From: Octopus vulgaris
Taxonomy: Eukaryota
DNA length: 64,000 bases
Direction of reading: 5' to 3'
NCBI GenBank assembly: GCA_951406725.2
Contig: OX597819.1
Coordinates: 26,846,001 to 26,910,000 of the forward strand
This document shows, one piece after another, positions 54,540 to 64,000 of the stretch (positions within the stretch are counted from its first letter, which is position 1; each line of letters begins with the position of its first letter). The position numbers were made by a program, and so were the translations under genes. The notes below the pieces were generated by a model. That model was given only the letters and a program-made list of their open reading frames with translations, made no database searches and was not told the DNA's origin.

Positions 54540-56945
54540 AACTCTTGACTCTTATTAGAGATTTTTTAGAAATTTTGTACATGGATTAGAATCAGGTGCC
54601 AACAAAGCACTCGACTCTGCAAGCAGACACTTCTTCGCACAAATATCCGTCATTCAACGCTATCGAACCGTCTCAAGAATTAAATGAAGGAAAAGTGACA
54701 GATATTTGTAATATCTGTAAAATATTGCTTTTTCTAGAGATGTATATATTATCGTTGAAACAGATATCGTATCCGATTGTAGAATATGTAGCAAGCATGG
54801 TCACATGTACAGGCATATCATTTGTTAACTTTTCAAAATCGATGAAAGGAACAATAACCGCCCAAGCCAGATACACTTCTACGTCTAAGTCGACTGAAGC
54901 GATTTCTGCAGTGGTTATTAATGGTATATCATTCACCTGTTTGCTCCAACAGTTTTATCACAATGGCTATTTTTCAAATTTAAAACTAAAAATGATTAAC
55001 GATTCTACAGTCATTATATTAGTTGTCGATTTTAAATGTTCTGAAGTTTTGGGTTTGGTGTTTTGTGAATTCTATTTAGTCAACAAATTCTACAAAAATC
55101 TCAAAATCTTTCTCTTACAATCGCTCTATAACAACTTAATATTGGATCATGAGTCATTGTTTCTTTCATATTTAATACCTATCAAAATATGCAACAGTTC
55201 GTTGTTCATAGTAATCCAAATTTATCCCAAACTCCATTCCCTTCTTACTTGCTTGTATATTAATGTAAATACGATTTCTATTCCCTTCAAGAGTTATTTC
55301 TCACATGATGAATCTTTTATAAAATCTGAAGTTAAAAAGCTAGATTCTCACCAAGCTCTCCGAATCACCATGTTGATCTCGACAAAAAAGTTCATGAGAA
55401 ACGCATGATCATTATGTCAGCCATTTTCTGTTTAACAAAGCTAATTGCTTTCTCTATTCCTAATATCTAGGAACTCGTCCGATATGTCAATCATCTTTAA
55501 TTTTTAGCATGACTGCTCTAAGAAATATAGAACAATGCTTACAATCAAATCCCTTTTCGAACAGAAAGCCCTCCTTTGAGGCCGATGGGAGATAATTTCA
55601 ATAGATCAAATTTCCTTCAGTCTGACGACTGCAGTCACTGTTACCCAGAGTGCAACGACTGATTTTATAACCAACAGTATACAAAGGTGTCTATTTGTAA
55701 CTTGATAACGTTACTTGGAGAATAGATATTTCTAATGTGAAACAATCTGCAGAGTCATGTTTTAAGAACTATGGATTTACTGAGAATAACTTATAAACAC
55801 AAAATTCAGTATAGTATTCTTGGAATACATTGCCAGAGGTTCCCTTTCCTCAGATCTTCAAGGATTAGAATTGTTACTGGAAGTTCAAGCTTTTTATAAA
55901 TGCCTATCCGAGATTATTGGATTATTCCCTTATATGCCGGTAGGGTTTCAACATGTTCTCATATAATATGGCTTTTCCATTACTTATCTTCATCTACTTT
56001 ATTCACGAAAGATACTGTAGCTGTTGAAAAACTGAAAAAAATAGTAACTCATTGTTACTGCACACCATAAATTCTAACCGTCCATTAATACTAGATGATG
56101 ATGCATGTGATGTAAATTTAACAGTTAATCTTTCTCAAGAAAGACAACCAGAAACTCTTTTTATATTCACTCAAGAAAAATGTTGGACAATGTCCTGCTA
56201 TCGAAAATAGTAAAGCAGTTATTATCGAAACTCTCAAGAGTTAACTGGCACTCCGTCGGTTACGACGACGAGTGTTCGAGTTGATCTGATCAACGGAACA
56301 GCCAACACGTGAAATTAACTTGTAAGTGACTGACCACTCCACAGTCGTCATACCTAACCTTATCGTAGTTTCCCAGGAAGATTCAGCGTGATACAGGATG
56401 TATTTTTTCCAGCTGAGTGGACCGGAACAACGTGAAATATTGTTGTCACTCTCAAGGGCATAAGGCACCACTGGTTTTCAAACTCACGACCCTACGATCA
56501 TGAGCCGAATGCCCCTAACCACAAAGTCATGCGCCTTCAATGCATACAAACTCTTGTTACGCAGAAAATATTTTAGCATACTTACTGATCAGAAAGCTGC
56601 TTGGTTCATGATATGGCCTTCAGACCGATTTACAATAAAGAATAGTCCATTGAGATGTAGAGTTATATTGCTTTCATAGGTAAAGCAATTCTCTCCAGGC
56701 TTTCAACAGATACTTTCATAAAGAGCCAGTGATCAGTGATAGGTCCTTTATCACTTCCTGATCTATATCTTTTGGCGCATACATTACATCCAAACAAAGA
56801 AAATCCCTTTTTTTTTAAATAGATGATGTCAGTCAAGCGAATCTGCTGTTCTTGGACACAACAGAATCCAGAATTTCATAAACGAGTATCTCTACATGTA
56901 ATCAAAGCTACAAGGGGATTTGAACAAGTGAGTCTAGATTTTGAT
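54540..56945 (+). mobile_element. Decayed Gypsy LTR-retrotransposon gag-pol, interrupted by a SINE
   Basis: Ordered motifs across frames: CRICSKHGH (zinc knuckle), VVINGISFTCLL (protease), SHDESFIKSEVKKL, AYNQIP..SFEADGR, *LDNVT (YLDN-type RT site, 55698), PLILDDDACD and ILTDQK (RNase H), VIKATRGFEQVSLDF (integrase start). Confidence 0.85.
56241..56539 (-). mobile_element. SINE family C head with a third tail type, inserted in the Gypsy RNase H region
   Basis: Minus-strand head TGAAGGCGCATGACTTTGTGGTTAGGGGCATTCGGCTCATGATCGTAGGGTCGTGAGTTTGAA; the Gypsy reading frame resumes on both sides. Confidence 0.8.
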
Positions 56946-56999
56946 CCCAAATAATTATATTATAATTGCTAATATCACCGGCTTAATGCAATATGAATT

Positions 57000-57365
57000 A
57001 GGTAACATCGACGCAGTACATGGCTGGTCCTTTATTTTATCGACTTCGAACAGATGGCCCACAAAGTTCGATGGAATTGAAACTCAGAATGTAAAGAGAC
57101 AAAAGAAATACAGCATGACATCTCTTCCGACGCTCTAACGATTTTCTAGCTCATCCCATAAATTCATCTATCAGTTCTTTCTTCGATAATCACAAAGCCT
57201 GAAGTTTTAGAGTTGGGAACCAGTCGATTACATTGACCCCAATGTTTGACTGATTCTTATTGTATCGACCCGGAAATGATGAACGAAAAAGTCGATCTTG
57301 GCGGAATTTGAGCTCAAAACATAAACCTGGAAGAAATGCTGCTAAGTACTTAGTCCGGCGAACTA
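57000..57365 (-). mobile_element. Two adjacent diverged SINE A copies
   Basis: Two GAA(T/A)T(T)GA(A/G)CTCA..AC..GAAAT head segments at about 57075-57150 and 57300-57365. Confidence 0.65.
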
Positions 57366-57531
57366 ACACTAATTCATCTAATAATACATGCATCCTGCTA
57401 GTATTCAAGTAGTAGTTAAGTTATATCAGACAAAGAAACTTAGAAAATATCTTTGAAGGTTTTTCTTTCATTTCTTTAGTTTGCCACATATGCGTGTTGG
57501 TGATCATACATAATTTAAAATAAAAATTAAT

Positions 57532-57900
57532 AGGCGTAGGAGTGACTGTGTGGTAAGTAGCTTGCTTACCAGCCACATAGTTCCGGGTTCTTCTACTATA
57601 GCCTTGGACCGACCAAAGCGTTGTAGACGGAAACTGAAAGAAGACCGTCGTATATATGTATATGTATATATATGTATATGTGTACATATATATAATGTGT
57701 GTGTGGGTGTGTGCGTGTTTGTATGTTTGTGTGTCTGTGATTGTCCCCCAACATCGCTTGACAACCGGTTCGGCTAGAGAGATCGATAGAATAAGTACTA
57801 GGATTACAAAGAATAAGTCCTGGGGTCGATTATGCCTGACTAAAGGCGGTGCTCCAGCATGGCCACAGTCAAATGACTGAAACAAGTAAAATAGTAAAGA
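57532..57900 (+). mobile_element. SINE family B with internal deletions
   Basis: AGGCGTAGGAGTGACTGTGTGGTAAGTAGC...GCTCCAGCATGGCCACAGTCAAATGACTGAAACAAGTAAAA. Confidence 0.9.
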
Positions 57901-58997
57901 GTAAAGAGTTTACATATTTAGCGATGTGGTGTGATATCCTTTTCCATTTTTGGATTCATATTCTATATCAAATCCAAATTTCTAATCCTGCCGTGTGAAG
58001 ATAGTTACCATTAAATTAACAAACGTTCAGATCGCAGCGCCCGTGTATGTATACAGATAAGTGTGCGTGTGTGTGTGTATAGGTTTATCTAAGTGAGGTG
58101 TTGTGTGTAATTCTTAATTATAGTGCGTTTGTGTTACCCAATACCATGTTAATACACTTGTATACAAACCGATTGTGGCAACTGGCTCTGTACTAGCGGG
58201 CATTGTATTATAAAAAATGTGTCAATATAATGTGCACATTGATTGACCCATCCTGTTAATCTACATGCATGCTGATAAAATATGGAATACGATTTCATTT
58301 CAATATATAATGCATACTCTAATGCTCACTAAGACTTTCATCTCTACTACGAAATGTCTCGCCTTCTATTTTTCAAGGAAATCTACGCGAGATTCTTATT
58401 TGCACCTTGTACAGTATTCTAGTTTTCGGAATTTGCATGTATATAATTCAGAAAACCTTTTTCTATTTAACACGTGTACCTCTCAAATAAGTATGTCTCA
58501 GAAATTATTAATGTGATGATTTTTGTTTTTGCAATGAATTTAATACGGAGATCAGCTTTTTCGGAGAATAGAATTTACTCAAACTTATTAGCTAATTCAC
58601 TTTTATGTTTACTACCTACAAATATAACAATATCAAAGTTATTGTTATCGCACAACGCACAGGCCTTGGCTCTTGACTTATTGTCTAACTACTTTATTCC
58701 AAACTTATTACATCATACGTTGCATAGATACGCATTTATTGCGTAGTGGGTATTTACCCATTTGAAATAAGTTACTATTAGCTACGTTGATTTTGATTTA
58801 TTTTATTTGTCTAAATTTATATATTTCATCACTACCAATCTTTATTTTGTTTTCCTCCTTCTTTTGTTGTCATGGAGGTTTGTTTTGAATTTATAGCGAT
58901 GACGTTCGCTGTATATCTGCATTGTTTGAAAATATCTACTTATTCAGTATCACAAATCTCTTGAACTTCTATTCCGTAGTAAATTAATGCAACAGCC

Positions 58998-59074
<77 letters not shown>

Positions 59075-59480
59075 GAGAGATATGTTTATATATGTGTATG
59101 TATATATACATATATATTTAGACACACACACACACATATATATAGACACACGTGCATTTGTATGTATGTATGTATGTATGTATGTATGTATGTATGTATG
59201 TATGTATTAGACATCGTCTATCCATCAGTTTGATAAAGAGAAAAGAGCAACACGACCACTTATGGTTCTCCATATACATATAGATTTATCGCTCGACTCC
59301 GTTACCTATTTTTACCTATTACACAAACAGATCGCCTGCTGATCCATCACAGCAAATGAGATTAGAATAAATATATTTTTAACGTCACTGTTTTATCTCC
59401 ACAAGATAATTCTTTTAATTACTTAGGCCAGCAGGATAGATACTAATGCACATATTATGTAGATTACGAAAATTGAGTAT

Positions 59481-59832
<352 letters not shown>

Positions 59833-60004
59833 GACAAGGTGAAGTAGCAAACAATCTATAGAAACAGTTGAAATAAATAACATAGGCATAATTGGTTCGA
59901 GCCACGCTTGTTGGTTCTTTGCTCATTAATGAATATTCCTCGCAAATGTGACGCCAGGATAATTGCTTCGTATTAATAAGTATAAGGCGTGGCTACGTGT
60001 AAAT

Positions 60005-60324
60005 CCAGGCGTGGCTGTGTGGTAAGAAACTTGCTTCGCAACCACATTGTTTAGGGTTCAGACTATAGTAGCAAACAATTGCACCTTGGGCATGTGTCTG
60101 CTATTATAGTCTCGAAACGACCAAATTTGTATGAATGAATTTGGTAGATGAAATTGAAAGAAGGCATATACACACACACGCACGCACACACACACACACA
60201 TACACACATACATACAAACATACATACATATATATATATGTGTGTGTGTGTGTGTATACATATCTGTGTGTGTCTTTGTGTTTGTGTTAGTTCCCCCACC
60301 ACAAAAAATAAGCTCGTCGTTCAT

Positions 60325-60390
<66 letters not shown>

Positions 60391-60630
60391 GTGCGTGATG
60401 ATATCCCTTTGTGTCTGTATTTGTCGCCCACCACCGCTGGAAACCGGTGTTGGTGTGTTTAAGTCCCAGTAACCTAGCGGTTCGGTAAAAAGAGACCGAT
60501 ATATTATATAAGTACTAAACTTTAAAAATAAGTCCTGGATCGATTTGCTCGACTAAAAAAACCCTTCAAGGTGGTATTCCAGCATGGCCGCATTCAATTG
60601 ACCGAAACAAGTAAAAGATAAAAGATATGA
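60005..60630 (+). mobile_element. SINE family B, interrupted by (CA)n/(GATA)n and a partly repeated tail start
   Basis: AGGCGTGGCTGTGTGGTAAGAAACTTGCTTCGCAACC...CCAGCATGGCCGCATTCAATTGACCGAAACAAGTAAAAG. Confidence 0.8.
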
Positions 60631-60970
60631 AATTGCTGAAATACCAACAAGAATATTTGAGTAGGCGCAAGCATGGTTGAGTGGTTAAGAGGCATTGCTT
60701 TGCAATCGCGTGGTTTCGGGTTCAAACTTCTAATACAGCCCCGAATAGACCAGTACCTTCTGAATGAACTTCGTACATATAAAATGTGTGGAAGCCTGTG
60801 TGCTATATAAGTATTTATATGTATATATATATGTGTCTTATTGATTGTCCTTCACCATTGTTTGACCACTAGTATTGCTTTGTTTATATCCCCGGAAATT
60901 AGCGAAAGAAACTGACTGAACATGTACCAGAATTTAGTAAAATTAGAAATGGGTTGGATTTCTTTCACTA

Positions 60971-61063
60971 CATCTTTCAAAGTGGTGCCTCCTCAGCATT
61001 GACGTAGTCCAGTGAGTGAAACACATAAAACATAGAAAATATATTGATCTTTGCAAGAATACA

Positions 61064-61119
<56 letters not shown>

Positions 61120-61280
61120 CGTAGGAGTGGCTGTATGGTAGGTAAGTAGCTTGCTTACGAACCGCATGGTTCCGGGTTCAGTCCCACTGCGTGGTACCTT
61201 GGGCGTCTTCTACTATAGCCTCGGGCCGACCAAAGCCTTGTGGGCGAATTTGGTAGATGGAAACTGAAAGAAGCCCGTCG

Positions 61281-61329
<49 letters not shown>

Positions 61330-61560
61330 ATGTGCATGTATGTATGTATGTATATGTTTGTGTGTTTGTGTTTGCCCCCCCCAAACATCACTTGACAACC
61401 GATGTTGGTGTGGTTACGACCCCGTAACTTAGCGGTTCGGCAAAAAAGAGACCGATAGAATAATTACTAGTCTTACAAAGAATATGTCCTGCGGCCGATT
61501 TGCTCGACTAAAAGCGGTGCTCCAGCATGGCCACAGTCAATTGACTGAAACAAGTATAAA
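60971..61560 (+). repeat. Left arm of an inverted duplication (old SINE tail + (TA)n + SINE B)
   Basis: CATCTTTCAAAGTGGTGCCTCCTCAGCATTG... through the SINE B copy at 61118-61560; the reverse complement lies at 61855-62402. Confidence 0.9.
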
Positions 61561-61854
61561 AGAGTCAAACAGTATATCTTTTCTACTTTTTATTTACTTT
61601 TTCCAATACATACCACAACTATTTTCGTTGGATTAGTTCCTGTTTAGAAACCGATTCACCGTGTTGAATATACTTTCATATATATCAATTTTCAATGCTG
61701 TTTAACGTCTTAAAACTTACAGTGGTGTCTTTTCCAGTTTCCCCTTTCATCTATGCTTTCTGTACGTAAGTTCACTATAATATAACTAAAGCACATACTT
61801 TGGCATTAGCTAGTATACAATATGTAATCTCAAATTATTTACTCTTTACTCTCT

Positions 61855-62253
61855 TTTACTTGTTTCAGTCATTCGACTGCGGCCATGCTGGAGCACCGCC
61901 TTTCGTCGAGCAAATCGACCCCGGGACTTATTCTTTGTAAACCCAGTACTTATTCTATCGGTCTCTTTTGCCGAACCGCTAAGTGACGGGGACGTAAACA
62001 CACCAGCATCGGTTGTCAAGCAATGCTAGAGGGACAAACACAGACACACAAACATATACATACACATACATATATATATATACATATATACGACAGGCTT
62101 CTTTCAGTTTCCGTCTACTAAATCCACTCACAAGGCATTGGTCGGCCCGGGGCTATAGCAGAAGACGCCCAAGGTACCACGCAGTGGGACTGAACCCGGA
62201 ACCATGTGGTTCGTGAGCAAGCTACTTACCTACCATACAGCCACTCCTACGCC

Positions 62254-62309
<56 letters not shown>

Positions 62310-62476
62310 TATATTCTTACAAATATCAATATATTTCCTATGTTTTATGTGTTTCACTCACTGGACTACATCAATGCTGAGGAGGCACCACTTTGAAAGA
62401 TGCCACGCAGCGGGATTGAACCCAGAACCATGTGGCTGGTTTGCAAGCTACTTACCACACAGCCACTCCTGCGCCT
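61855..62476 (-). repeat. Right arm of the inverted duplication, embedded in a minus-strand SINE B
   Basis: Reverse complement of the left arm ends at 62402; a second SINE B head occupies 62403-62476. Confidence 0.9.
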
Positions 62477-64000
62477 ATTTCTGTATCGTCTATTTTTTTT
62501 CTTTTTGCATTTTGGTTAAAGTTATTTTTGTAGGGAGCTATTTAAACTGGCCTTGATTAAGTGTTTATTTCATTGTATATCTTATTTTCTAATCCGATAG
62601 TGGAAACCATTGAGCAGTTACGGTATTTTTACCATAAGAGAGATTTTTTTTCTCCACAGCAATTTCAGTGAATTTGCCTTTAGAAGTTAAAATATGCCAC
62701 CAACATATTTAAAGTAACCTAAAGATCGTTTATTTCTAATCACTATTTGGTGTTAATTCTATTACATCTTATATTGATTAATTATCTAAAAATTAGTAAT
62801 GCTATTGTTTAAAGACATGCAATTGTCTTTGTTCGGCTTGCATAAATTCATTGCTTATTTCATTTCCAAATACGAATTGGTTTTGCTGGTTTTTATACAG
62901 GATTAGAGATTTGGATTTGATATAGAATATGAATACAAAAATGGAAAAGGATATCACACCACATCTCTAAATATGTAAACTCTTTACTCTTTTACTTGTT
63001 TCAGTCATTTGACTGTGGCCATGCTGGTGCACCGACTTTAGTCGAGCATAATCGACCCCAGGACTTATACATTTAATGCAAGGTTTCAGCCTATGCTAGA
63101 AATTGTTATTTCTAATTTTAAATTTTATAAACTCAATTCTTTATTTCGTACTTGGTATTTAATGGGTAAGGATATAACAAGAAACTATTCAAAGACAATT
63201 TTTGAACGTGTGATATATATATGTGTCTTTTGCTTTCACATTAAAAGAAGCCTTCTATGGTTTACGCTTTATCACGGAATTCTTTTATGTAGAGTTTCTC
63301 GGGTATAATCTCCAAGGAGGAATTCGTATTTTATATAGATTGTATAACTTCAATTCACTTTCCCAGTTTGTAAGGCGTATCTATAGGCAAAAGTTTTACT
63401 CTATTGACAGTATTCAATCAAATATGAGTGATAATATACCGCCTTTTTGTTAGGTACACATTATTTAAAGGTAAAATACATTGCAGTTTCTAGATTTTAT
63501 TGCAAATTTGATAAATCTTAGTTAAATGTGATTACAAGCAGCACTTTGTTAAATATACTGAACAATAAGTTCAGAAGGATAAGCTGATATTTGATTGATT
63601 TAAATGGTACTTAGCGCTTGTCGTTAGATATGTGCGTTTCATTGTACTTCAAAATGAACTTCGATGTGAGTCTGCTGTTAGAATTTAGTTCAGCCTTTCC
63701 TTTACTATTAAAGAGAGAAAATGAGTTAAGTTCTGTGATATAATTGACCCTAAAATTCTTGTTTATTTTTTAAACAAATTGTCTTCGAATTGCTTCATGT
63801 AATATCTTTTCCTATTAAATAGCAAATATGAGTGGGAATTTCAATTCATCTACTAATTAGTAATATGATGGAAATTGGTAGTTTGTTCTTTTTCATTGAG
63901 CCATTATGTGAGGAATGAAAAATAAATGCTCGAGGACAAGCATTGTAATTTTGGCGAGTTTTCTCTAACTCGACATCTTAACTAGATAGATAGATAGATA

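Overview
AT-rich, microsatellite-dense eukaryotic genomic DNA. The repeat content (tRNA-derived SINE families with internal (TA)n/(TG)n tracts, mariner, R4/Dong, Helitron and Penelope remnants) is what I associate with an Octopus (coleoid cephalopod) genome; the taxon call is recognition from memory, not a search. No intact long protein-coding ORF is present, and almost all listed six-frame ORFs are microsatellite artefacts. The 270-aa ORF at 54596-55408 is part of a decayed Gypsy gag-pol. The window reads as intronic/intergenic DNA. It has at least four SINE-like families (here called A, B, C, D), three mariner-type relics, a pogo-like relic, two Helitron-like elements, R4/Dong and Gypsy remnants, and a Penelope-type terminal repeat that carries an apparently intact minimal hammerhead ribozyme core (48019-48053). 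It also has an unusual number of long fold-back structures (14388-14471, 16169-16208, 18547-18734, 20207-20746, 60971-62402). The best host-gene evidence is two phase-compatible plus-strand exons (26919-27029 and 28616-28706) encoding a protein I cannot identify. Exon calls rest on visual splice-site and frame inspection only, and repeat boundaries are approximate unless a TSD or TIR is quoted.
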